Positions 8,842 to 20,927 of a DNA stretch of 47,653 nucleotides are shown in pieces. This stretch comes from Trichinella spiralis. Lineage: Eukaryota. The DNA lies in assembly GCF_000181795.1 (NCBI RefSeq), contig NW_003526944.1:4076934-4124586 (forward strand), in the 5' to 3' direction. A program made the position numbers and the translations under genes. Position 1 is the first letter of the stretch. Every line of letters begins with the position of its first letter. The notes beneath the pieces were generated by a model. It did not search any database, was not told the DNA's origin, and was given only the letters and a program-made list of their open reading frames with translations.

Positions 8842-9297
8842 TTATCTTTGAAGAATTAAATGCCTTGTTCTGCTGTCGATCATATTTTCAATAGGATCCC
8901 AAACACCATAAGCTTGCACCAACGCGTTTTGATTATTCACTGCTCCCATGTAATTTCTCTGGGCGTTTGCATATCCAAAATTGCTGTCTGAAATTGCAAG
9001 ACGACGAACGGCTAAAATAACATTATTATTATTATTATTTAAAAAAATACAATCAAATGTTGTACTATCTTTCATACCACTTTCAACCATCTGTTCTACC
9101 ATGGTGTTTAAAGCAGCATTACGTCCAATAGCACTGAATGCATTGTCAGTTGGATTTTGACCGTAGGAAGAATATTGACCAGGATTATACAACGGATTGG
9201 CAATTACAGGTCTCGGCATAAGCCGAGCATCAACATTAAAAACATAAAATAACACCATAACAAATATACATAGTTTATCAGTTCTGACTGCTCGCAT
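8842..9297 (-). CDS. Small secreted protein of unknown function (2 exons; intron 9012-9077)
   Basis: Hydrophobic N-terminus MRAVRTDKLCIFVMVLFYVFNVDA. 66-nt GTATGA...TTTTAG intron. TATAAAA about 45 nt upstream (9339-9345). Confidence 0.75.
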   Translation of the reverse strand: MRAVRTDKLCIFVMVLFYVFNVDARLMPRPVIANPLYNPGQYSSYGQNPTDNAFSAIGRNAALNTMVEQMVESGMKDSTTFDCIFLNNNNNNVILAVRRLAISDSNFGYANAQRNYMGAVNNQNALVQAYGVWDPIENMIDSRTRHLILQR

Positions 9298-11992
9298 CTG
9301 CAAATCTTTGGGTGTACTATTTTTCTACAGCAATATACTTTTATAGATAAATTTTGTGGGACAAGTCCAATTTATTTACTATTTCAGCAGAAAAAGTTTC
9401 CTTGTCTTCGTTGCTGTTATTCTTCATTACATTTGAAATATATCAGCTGTATATCGTGCACATTGCACCGGCTCATTTGCTATCCGGTCTTGTCGGCATG
9501 CCACAAGTTACTAATGACTGACTTCTTTGTCACTGTCACGTGTCCACAAATACGTGCAAATTTTTGTAAGCAATTCACATATTGTCAGCAATAAAAAGAA
9601 ATATTTTCAAAAATACATTTCTAGTTAAAAACTGTTTGCATAGCAGATATTGAACTTAATTTTTTATTTTATTCTTTTAATATGCATATGTTCGGCAATC
9701 AATTCTGCAAAATCGTAATTAGAATCTATATTCTGTTGATTGAGTTGAGTATTTGCAAATGCACGACATCTGTCAAAATTTGTATGAGTAATTGTTATTA
9801 TAATCAAAGGAATCTTTCTTATTAGGAAACAATTCTTAGCAAAATTTAACTTCAGCAACATTTGTAATTTATATATAGGTGTATATGAGTTGTCAAAAAA
9901 TTTTCAATTTGCACGTGCAATCAGTATATTGTTTTAATTCAATATGTTCACCTCTTTGATAGGTGATAAGGAAGATTTATTGTTCATGAATGCGTTAATA
10001 ATTTATGTATCACCCACAAAAGCTTGTTTGCTGCAACAATATTTCATGAAGTTGACCTCCTGATTTATGATAAAACCATATTTTAAAACTAGCTGGTTTT
10101 ACAAATAAAATTTCCTTGATGATATTTATTTATATGGACTAATCGATTTTATGTTAACAATTCTAATTAGTAAAATTTTTTAAATTGGTCATTCCAAATT
10201 TTACAAATGCGAACTTTTTTCAAGTAATTGTGGTAGTACTATTTTAATTGAATTTCTTAAAATTGCATTATCATTATATTTTCATATATATATATATATA
10301 TAATTAAAAATTAGTTTAAAGTTAATACAACTCAATAATTAATATATAATCTTATTTCTCATAAATGATAATCATCAGTAAAAAGATGTTTTACGTTTTA
10401 TGTAATTTGATGTAATATTACACGTTTAGATTTAGCATATGAGTAATAGGTAAGAGAGGTAACTTTATACTACATATTTTGAAATGCTTTTAATATTAAT
10501 GAATCTAATACACATTGCATTATTAAAGCAGTAGCTGTTTTCATTAAAAATAATTTTAATATCTAAAAAGCTAAAAATTTCAGGTTAAGGAAAAAGATTT
10601 TCTGGAAAAAGTTTTACGCAAGGCAATTAAAGTTAGCTGGATGATATTTGCCCAAACGTAGCTAATATGTGCATAACCTAATTTCATCACTGTCAGCTAA
10701 CATTTGATTATCTCAGCAGGGGTTATGGTGCTCGCCTATTTTTTTTATATTCCTTTAGTTATTACTATCAGCATTTGAGGCCAGGATATGTCAATCAGTT
10801 TCTTTGTATTAAAGCCGCATGATTCAGATAACCGATTGTTGACCCAATCACATGACTGTGTAATGACATATTATTTTTCTTACTTCTTTAATGGACGTAA
10901 AGGTCAGCTTCAGTCTGATTAAAGACAATGTAAAGATTTGAACTGAATATAATAATCTTTTCATCATGAATGATGCGTCTTTTTATCATCGGTTTTTCAT
11001 CTTCTTGATAACCTGGCTTGTTTACTACACCTTACAAATACACTTAATACACAATAATAGTAAAATTTTTTTTTTAATTTGCTTGAATTTCAATTTTCTG
11101 TAAATTACACTGCATTATGTCCAAAGTCCAATAATAAAGCATAGATAAAATGTTACAAAAACTAACAGTTTATTTTATTATGCAATAAATTTGCAGCAAC
11201 TGTTAAATAAACTGTTTATTAGTTTTGATTGACCGTCTTGACGGAAAAGTTCTAAGCATTTGCTTGAATCTAAATAACCCTGCATTGCATCAGAAATCAG
11301 TCTTACTGGTACAGTGAATGCTATTTTTTGAAACAAATGCAAAAACAATGTTCGATTTAATTTAAGCAGTTTTTGTGAATAGTTGAATCTACATATAAAG
11401 CATAATTATGAACATTATTGTATATCGTAATGATGCGTGAGTGAAAATGCAACCAGTATTATTAAATTGCCAAAGTTTTGTTACAAAATATCTCAACATT
11501 AACATAAATTAACATTTTAAGAGGAATGACTTTCTCTCTTGCAAACATTTGAAGTTTAATGTATGATTTCAAAATTATTCAAAATTTTTTCAGTTATAGC
11601 AAAACATTTGTTTAAATTTTAAATGAACTGAAATACGTTGTTTGCGCATAAAGTAGTAAGGTTTGTGCTTTCAAATATTAATTATCGGAATTTATCAATG
11701 TTCTGCCTTTATTTGATGCATGTTATATAACTTAAAACAAAATTTTTAAAGATACTTCAACATGAAACAACTCTGAGAACATTTCTCCATCAGAAAAGCT
11801 CCATAAGAAATATTGCGTACTGTACTTGAATTAAATAATAGCATTACTACTTGAAAATTATAATTCTACCGAAGTATAAAAAAATAAATTCTTGATATAA
11901 AATTAGCTTCATTACTTCTGTTCCAATGTATTTAATATTATTCTAATTCAGATAATATAAATAAATATAAATTTTCAATCGTTGGTGAAACA

Positions 11993-14900
11993 ATGCAGAA
12001 TACAGAGTGTTCCAATGAAGATACGATGGACGCCTTTGATGAGGAAGATTATTTAGAATTTCTGAGTACTGAAACTTCAGATATGGTTTCAGATTTAATT
12101 AATGAATATAGTCGGGTAAAAGTATCTGACAATAGTGCAGAAAGAATGTCGGATATTGATGAGGACGTTAACGACACAAGCAGCGAAGGTAACTTTTTAG
12201 TTTTATGAAAAAGAATTTTGTATAAATAAAACATAATTATCTTGAAGCATTAAAGTATGTTTTAATAGTTTATTTTTTTGAGATGATGTAACTCCTGATG
12301 ATGATTCAGATGAAGATTACATGTCAGAAACTGCATATCAATCAAAAAGGCGCAAAAAGAAGAAAACTGTTCGTCGCAGAAAATTAAAAGTTAGTATTTT
12401 TATAAGATTCTGTAAAGATGTATAAAATGTTGCTCTCTGAGTTTTATACGTACAAAAGTTCTTTTCATTTATATGTTACTTCATGTATTTCCAGTGTGAT
12501 TTATCTGTTTATGATTGAATTTAGAATACCAGAGGGAAAAAGACATCGAAATCAACAACAGTTCAACAGCCGAAAGCAAAATACTATAGGCGGCATCTTC
12601 CTGAACAATTGCAGTCTATTTTGGGTCATGCTTCTCTTTGTTTTGCAAACGGAGAGGTTAAAAAAGCTATAACTCTTTGCAAAGATGTGATTCGAGAAAG
12701 TGAATAATAAAAATTTAATTTTTATAAACAATTGTATGGAATTTGAATTGAGCATAATTTAGGACCTAAGCTGCACGATGCTTATGAATTGCTATCTGTT
12801 TTTTATGGCGATCTTGGGAACCGCACGAAGTGTTTTCATCATGCAATGGCTGCTGCTATGTTGAATAGGGCAACTGATGCTTCTCGGTGGAAAGAATTAG
12901 CCGAAACTGCTACTGATCTTGGATTTTATTCTCAGGCTGTACTTTGTCTTAAAAATGGTAAATGGATTTGTTATCAAATGAAAGAAAATTTTAAATTGAT
13001 TTGACATTTTGTTTGCGTAGCTATAAATTTGGAACCAATGAATTGGGCATTGTACGATGCGAAGAACAAAGTACATGCTTTATTGCAAGAACCGAGAAAA
13101 GTTTTGGAAACTGAATTAGCTGCTGTAAAAGGGATGCTAAATTCCGAAGAAATGACATACGATCACTATTTGCAGTATACGGAAAGCATTTATAGGGTTG
13201 TTAATTCGAATCTTCTATGGATGGCAGTCAATATTATTTAATTTTAAATAATATTTTCTAATTTCTTTTTAGAAATGTAAAGCAGAAAATGATCAGAAAG
13301 GAGCTCAATTATGTTTGAAGTATTATCTCCTCAGGTTGAAATCTGCCGGCAAAATTTGCTACGAGAAGCTGAACAATTACATTGTAATGTTGATAGCTGC
13401 AAAGGAATTTGAAAATATAATAAACGTAAGATTTTGTTTTGCTAGTTTTTAAATTCTCAAGTATTTTAATTGTGTATTCTTTTATAATTGGTGAATATTA
13501 GCCTTTTTGAGTACATGTTTGAATAGCAGCTATTTTTATAGTTAAAATTGTTACTTTATACTATTTTTCACTTTTATTTAATATGAAATATATTATCCTT
13601 GAAGAATAGTGTGATGTGCTTTTAATTTCATGATAAAATCTGTTGGATCGAATTGTCCGTATGCTCTGAGTAGAGATGTCGCTTCTGGATGGAGCAGCAA
13701 CTGATTTGGAAATTGCGGATTTGTATGAAACATGTGCTGCAAACCTAAAACAAAAAAAAGAACAAATATATAATCAGTTTTTCATTTGGAGGATAGGAAA
13801 GCTCACCGTTCATAGACACTGTTTGCAATGAGGCTTCATATGCGGGATTGTGCATCGAAGCAGGCAAAACGTTCGTGGGTAAGACAAATGAAGGGAATGT
13901 GGGGTTGATCTGGTAATAATCTGCCGACATTAATTGACGTATTCTTCGAATTGGAGTTGCTAAAATGTTGAATTGAACAAAACTTATTCTTTTGCATTAT
14001 TCATTGTTCATTCATTCACCTTACCCAAGCATGGATATGTGTACAGAAACAATATGCTGAAGAAAAAATGTAGTAACATTGAAGAAGGCAGCGTTTGGAA
14101 AATTGCAAAATGTTTGTTAGCATAATGCACTTTTCTATACATATATTATTTCTTAGACTGGTAAATAGGCATTGTTGTTAAATTGGTTGACAGTTATTCA
14201 TTTATCAGATTTGCAAAGCTACTTTTGAGATGAAATTTGAAAATACATTTTGACATGATATGTTGAAACGTTACAATTTTGCTGACTAAATTCAAGGATA
14301 AATAAATTTATGAATTTTTAATGAAAATAATAAATAAATATATATATATATATTTCGTTGATGATTTATTAAATTAAATTCATATAGTTTGTTTTTTATT
14401 CAAAGGCAGTGCATGAATTTAGTCCTTTGAAAATGTTTCTACGGAAATGCGAAGTGAAAAATTTCGAAATTGGTAAAGTGAAATCGATAACAGTTGACAG
14501 GTTTGTAGAAGATGGGATTTTGAACAGGCTTAAAAATTTTATTTAATTTTTGTATTTCATTATAGAGTTGACATCCCTGATGACTTTTCCCCTGAAATAC
14601 TCGCCAGAGTAATTTTGGCCTGGCTGAATCTCAAACATTACAACAATGCTTTGGTTGAACTTAACAATAATATTTTGAGTGGTTTTTATTCATCTGAAAA
14701 TGTTGTTTTTCCAGGTTTTCCTCCAGTGCTTGGAAGATCATTATCCTATGTCGATGAAATACCGCGATGCTTACCTGCTTGTAATGGACACGTATTTTTT
14801 TGTGCATCATTACTCGCAAGCTGTAGAAATTGCCGAACGTTTAGTTCAAGTTTGTGGTCCAGTATGCGAAACAAACAGCACATACGCGTGGCAATTTTAA

Positions 14901-16618
14901 TAATTTCATTTTCCTTTCAGGATGATGTAGAAGTTCAGTTGAAATATGCTGATTTTTTGATAGCGATCAATGAAACAAACCAAGCTTTAGAAATTTACGA
15001 GCGTACAATGGAAAAGCAACCGACACAGCCTTTGGCTAGGCTCAAATTGGCCACGTTGCTGCAAAAGCTTGGCCGAGTGGAAGAAGCTATGGAAGTGTTG
15101 GAATTGTTCGACAAGAGAGGCGTGGATGAGCTGGGTGCTTTGGTAATTTAAAAATTTTTCCATTGTCGGCATTTATGTATGTATTAATTTGATATTTATT
15201 TAGGATGCAGAGTTGCTTTATGAACAGTGTCAAATTTTGGGAAGAAAGCAGCTCTGGTCACAATATTTCATTTCCGGTAAACATCTCATGGCCATGTATT
15301 TCAAAGAGATACAAAGTCAGAAATGTTTCGCGCGTATGCATAATCAATTTATTGTTTGCTGATAAGCTTATTTGTTTGTCATGAAATGTACAACTGTGCT
15401 TGTTTAGAAATACGCAATTCGTATATATCTCGTTCGGCAAATTTTCGCACGTGTGTACTGAATACAGTTGCTAATTCACCATTGAAGAAATTAGTTAATC
15501 GAGTTCCTGAGGTGGGAAAGTTTGCAAAAAAATTAATAACTGGAAAACAACTTTGGGGTGTATTCGACAAGGTAAGCTGTTTTGAATGGAGCGAGTGTTT
15601 TTTTTTTTGGTTTCCATATTATGTGCAATTTCCAGCTTTGTGATATTTGCATTGAAAATGAACAGTATGAGGAATTGTTGCATTTGACTGCATTTGCCTC
15701 GCAAAGCATGATGTTGCTCAAAGCTGGTTACTTGAAAAAAATTGATAGCCGGCTTTTATTGGCTGCTGTGCAGTGTCGAAATGTTAATGTAATATGGAAT
15801 GTATTTCGTTATTGTGTGGCAGTTGTTGATGAAAATTATTATTGGAATCTTCTTGGTATTTTTTTAATTGTATATATTAAATAATTGATTAATTTTATTT
15901 TGTACAATGTGCAGGTATGATTTTTACTATGACGCAGGATGTGTGCTCTAATCGATACATTTTGCGTCAGATTGCTTTATCCCCAGATTGTGTACCCTTA
16001 GCTTGGATAAACGGCAACAATTCATTAGTAGCTGGCTCGCATCAGCATGCATTAGGTATAAAGTAAAAGGCAATTTATTTTCAACTGCTGACTAATAGTA
16101 TTTATTTTCTTTTTATTAGTGGAGTATTTTTACGTTCAACTTTCTCATCCAGACATTCCGTTGATTAATTTACTCGAGGGTCTTTCACTGCTTCATATGG
16201 GTAGTCGTCGGTTGATGTTACGTGCCCAAGATTGTTCAATTCAAGTAAGTTTATTATAAAAAAATTATTCTCTTTTTATTTTCACCATTATTAGCATTAA
16301 CTGTATTCTGAATTCTAGGCTTTAGCTGTACTTTCAAGATATAAATGCTTGCGTGGAGATTGTCAAGAAGTTTATTATAATTTCGGTCGTGCCATGCAAC
16401 AGCTGGGCATAATTCACCTGGCTATTTGTTATTACCGCAAAGTTTTGCAAATGGAACCAGAAGTGAAAATGACCAACAATACAAATGAAGGGGAATACTT
16501 TTTGTCGAATCCATTTGATCTGAGACCTCTGGCAGCTTTCAACTTGTCCGTAATTTACTTCCAAAGTGGAAATGAAATGGCCGCTTTATCGCTTTACAAT
16601 AAATATCTAGTCATTTAA
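11993..16618 (+). CDS. GTF3C3: General transcription factor IIIC subunit 3 (TFIIIC102/Tfc4), multi-exon TPR protein
   Basis: Acidic N-terminus; exons LPEQLQSILGHASLCFANGEVKKAITLCKDVIRE and DASRWKELAE; C-terminal RGDCQEVYYNFGRAMQQLGIIHLAICYYRKVL...DLRPLAAFNLSVIYFQSGN, which is characteristic of this family. Confidence 0.92.
13593..14079 (-). CDS. Nested antisense gene in a GTF3C3 intron: 119-aa secreted prepropeptide-like protein (exons 14079-14025, 13959-13807, 13744-13593)
   Basis: Spliced ORF MLLHFFFSILFLYTYPCLA-TPIRRIRQ-LMSADYYQINP...HHTILQG*. Two phase-1 introns (GTAAGG..TTTTAG, 65 nt; GTGAGC..TTTTAG, 62 nt) keep the frame. Total 360 nt. Confidence 0.8.
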
Positions 16619-17464
16619 TTTGAATTTATAGAATTTTTTCTTCACATATGCATGCTCACTTGTGAAAATATGAACGAAGATGAAGAAATTATTTTTCTCC
16701 ACTAACTTGTACAATGTATAAAAGGACTTTTACAGAGGATGTTTCAATTGCAATTTACGATGATCGCGTTCAAGTTTTCAATGTTGTTTTATATGGCAAG
16801 AAATAAAAATAAAATTTGATTATTTTAGCAAAATTGATATTTTTTGCATGCATGTGTTAAAGCAACGATTACTGATGTGAAGTTTTATGCAAAAATGGCA
16901 TTGTTTAATTAAGAGGCAACTTATTTTTCAGCTGTTCGTATAAAAATAAAGTAAATTCTCTTTTTACATTGAATGAGCAGTAAATACTGCTGAAAAATAT
17001 ATAAGTGTTCAAAAATTTTCATAAAGTAAAATAACAAACGGAATTAATTATGTTGCAAAATATACTGAGAAAATAAAATTATACAGTATGAAATTGAATT
17101 GATGATGAATTTAATCATTTGATTTGTAACTTCATGAAGAACAATAACTGGATTTTTTCAATAATTTACTTGTTTGTTTTCTGTTCTTGTGATGTGCAGT
17201 ATAATTATTAATCAATGTTTTGAATGTTGATTAGTGGTTTTAAATCTTCAATCAGACAGGTAAATTGAAAAATTAATCGTTCCAGCCAGAAATGAAGAAC
17301 CTGTTGTGGTAACTTTGAGTCTGGTAATTTTCAAAATGATCTTATCTTTATGATTTATTTGTAAACTGTTTTAATACATTTAAATTTCGATTAAATACTC
17401 CTGAAATAAATGGAAAAATTTTGGTCTGCTGAAATTGAAGAAATTTGTTGAAAACGTTGCAATC

Positions 17465-17779
17465 ATGCGAACACTTTCTATCCTGTTCTTATTGCTGTTC
17501 ATCACGGTGGAAGGTAGAATTTGATTTCATTTTATTTTACCAAATATTTGCATTAAATATTTAGCTTTCCCCCGAACAAAGCGCCAGATGCCATTCGAAG
17601 GAATTGGACCTGAGATACCTCCTCCCCCTCCCCCACCAAATGAAGGATTCAATAATCCTCAAATGCAATTTGGAGGCGGTCCAGGTCCTGTGATACCGAA
17701 TCAGTTCAACGAGGGTTTTCAGCAACCATTTGTGAATCCTAATTTCGACAATCCTGTGATTGGAGGTGGTCTGATATAG
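17465..17779 (+). CDS. 87-aa secreted Pro/Gly/Asn/Phe-rich prepropeptide (exons 17465-17513, 17565-17779)
   Basis: MRTLSILFLLLFITVEA-FPRTKRQ-MPFEGIGPEIPPPPPPPNEGF...; phase-1 intron after the signal peptide. Confidence 0.85.
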
Positions 17780-18700
17780 CAATTGCCGATTCAATTTCTA
17801 TCTACACTTGCATTTAAAAACCCTGTGTGAAGCAAATTTCCATTAATACTGTAAAATGGATTTTTAAAATCAATGCAATTTTCATTTGTACTGTGGAAAT
17901 TTTTTCAGTAAAATTGACCGATGAATAAACTTTTAAACTGTAAATAAAAAATAGCTGCTTTACAATTTGTGTTTCTTGTGACAATTCTACAGTAAGCAAC
18001 TTTTCAAGTGTTGTATTATTTTTGTAAATCAGCAGCTTGTTCCAAAGTTTCAACAAATGTGCGGAAATTAATTGCATGAATTTCTATCGTTAAATGAATA
18101 GAATTTATTGATGTTTTACGTTTGCATTTTTATTATAACTGAATTAACTTTACATGTTTCAAAATTATTCCAATTTGTGCTGCAAAAGATACATTATAAA
18201 AGGCAACCCAAAAAAATAGATGAAATCAATGAATGAATGAATAAGTTAATGTAACATATTGTTTCATGATTTGCGTAACTTTATTCGTATTTATTTAATA
18301 CTTGAGTGAATTTTAATTTTCTTTCATTACAGTATACTTTTATAAATCAGTATTTTAAGTATTGAAGAGAAAGAAGTAAATTTGAAGTGGTTTTATAAAA
18401 CGCTCAGACGAAGTTCCATAATAGACTGATGTAACACAGTTTATATTTTGCATAAATGAATTTTGGTTGGTTTTTTCTGTTATTATGAACACTTTTCATC
18501 ATTGCGTAGTGCTGCTACAAACGGTTACCAAAAGATGTATTTTAATCAATGTGCCACTGCGAAAATCATCGACTCCATCAATTATATCGTTGAAGAAATT
18601 AACTGCCGGCCTGTTTTTAATCGACATTTTTATTATGAAATATTATTTATAAAAGCGAAGCAAAATTTTTCATAGAACTGGCTCTTTTTCAATCAGCATA

Positions 18701-19021
18701 ATGTCCCTTCTCATCTGCATGCTAGTGATATCATTAATTGTTAATGTCACAGGTAAAATTATTTTTTTAAATAATTAATTTTTAAAAAGGTGAATTATTT
18801 CTTAGCTTCTCCACGTCATAAACGTCAAATTATTGATACAGCAGCCATTGATACGATGCCATTAGCTGGCGACGCTGCCGTTGTTGTGGAAGATACTGTC
18901 GTCGAAGATCCACCTGTTATTCCCGCATATGGAATGATTCAACAGCCACTTAGGTAAGATACATTGAAAGCAATTTTACATCTACAATTGCTAAGATGTT
19001 TTTCATTTTAGAATGATATAG
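18701..19021 (+). CDS. 69-aa secreted acidic, Val-rich prepropeptide (exons 18701-18752, 18806-18953, 19012-19021)
   Basis: MSLLICMLVISLIVNVTA-SPRHKRQ-IIDTAAIDTMPLAGDAAVVVEDTVVEDPPVIPAYGMIQQPLRMI*; canonical splice sites. Absent from the ORF track. Confidence 0.8.
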
Positions 19022-20195
19022 GATAACTATGCAGTTTCTTTTTGCAAAAAATAAATTTTATACGTACAATGGGTATTTCAAGGTAGAATTCGGTGCAATT
19101 ATTTTAATAGAAAAAGTTTTAATCTTTCTTTAATTATAAAAGCATATATTGATGATGTTTGGAGGAAATTTTCTTAGCTGATTATTTTTCATTTTAATAT
19201 ATGAAAAAGTTACAATTTCAATTAAAGGTGAATTTATATTAATAATATTTCGTGAAGTCACAATGATCGAATAAAGCTTTTTCAGTTGACGCTTTTCTTA
19301 ACTGAATTTGAACAAGATATTTTGAAATATTGCCCACAGTCAACAAATATTGAACATGTAATACATTTGCATATGATTTGCAATTTTAATTTTGATGCAT
19401 AAGTACAGTTTTGATCAGAATAAGCTGAATTAGACTTCTTAATAAAATACGATTTTTTATTTCATCATCACATAACTATGATAACAAATGACATTTTTAT
19501 TAAAATGAAAATTAACTAGTCATAAATTGAAAAAATATGAGTAATATTGTTTACCCTTCAAAATTTCACATCCTTTTCGCATTTTTTTCATTTTTATAAA
19601 TTATACATATTTGTTTTTAAAATTTTGAAATGCAAATGCATCTCAATTTCTAAAGCTGAAAGTTTCTTATTCATATTTATGCTATTTTGTTAGAAATGTT
19701 GAAAATAAAATGCCTTTCAGAACTTTTATTAATAATTTACAGTAAAATTAATCACTGCACATGAGATTATTATTTTCTGTTATCGATCGTGTTTGCTTAT
19801 ATTCGTATTACGTCAAATAATATGTTCATCAGTTATTAAAGCACTGTGAAGCTTTATTGTTTTGCTTGAAATGAAAAGCAAATCATATATATGTTAGAAT
19901 AATATTTTCGTCTTACTTTTAAATGTATTATTTCATTAGTGCTTTAAAAATTAGCATCATTTTTTGTGAATATGTTTGTTATCAAGTAGAATTAACATTT
20001 TAAAACTTGTGAGAATTATATTTTTAAAATATAAATAACAGTTTATTATATATTTATATTTATACTGCCAATGTAACATTTATGGAATAAATAAAATCTG
20101 CAGATGAAGATGAAAATCGATGACTATTATCATCCTTGCCAGTTATTAGCTACAGGAAAAAAGAATTATAATTCGAAATATTCGACATTTGTAAT

Positions 20196-20927
20196 TTAAC
20201 ATTTCTTACTTGGAACCCAGCACTGACCATGCTTACAGCCGCTATATACACCTCCAGAGCATTCCAAATTTGAATAACACGTATCGGCAGTTTTGACTCC
20301 TTTAACACAAGCATTCATTAAGCAAATGAAATCATTATCACAAGCGTAATGGTCGACGCATTGTTTTCCTTTTGGTCGCTGAAAGCCTTGTGGACTTGGT
20401 GCACCCATTGGCATCATTGGCATTGAAGTCATCGGATGCATCATAGGCATTTGTGGCATCCAATACTGATTCATGTAATTAGGAAAGCCCCATCCATAAT
20501 TTGAAGGATAACCGGAATACATTGGCCTGGGATAATAGCCAACCATATCTACCTGTATATCGGGCACTGGAATTGACTGCATAGATTAAATAACGGATAA
20601 AAGTCGTTTATTCAATTATCACTAACTTATAATCATCCAACATTCTTCATATTTGCAGCCGAATATACCATAACCACAGTCGTCGTTCATTGTACATTTC
20701 CGCCCAGTTTTTGTGGCCGGGTAACATCTGGATTCATAGCACAGTGCACCGGGAAGCATGCAACTGTAGTGATCAACACAGGTTTGAGGATTTTCATTTT
20801 CAACAGCTAATTTTGAATGTAAATTAGAAATTAAATTGAAAATTAAAAAGCAATTCCTACTTTGAAAAATGCTATTCAGAAATAAAAGTTGAAGATATAA
20901 AATGCTGTTTGCATATTTTATATTCAT
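20196..20927 (-). CDS. Probably secreted Cys-rich protein: two 8-Cys modules separated by a Pro/Met/Tyr-rich linker
   Basis: Modules CVDHYSC...GCKYEECW and CVDHYAC...GCKHGQCW lie in adjacent ORFs joined by a likely intron; its acceptor is uncertain. Moderately hydrophobic first exon. Confidence 0.78.
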
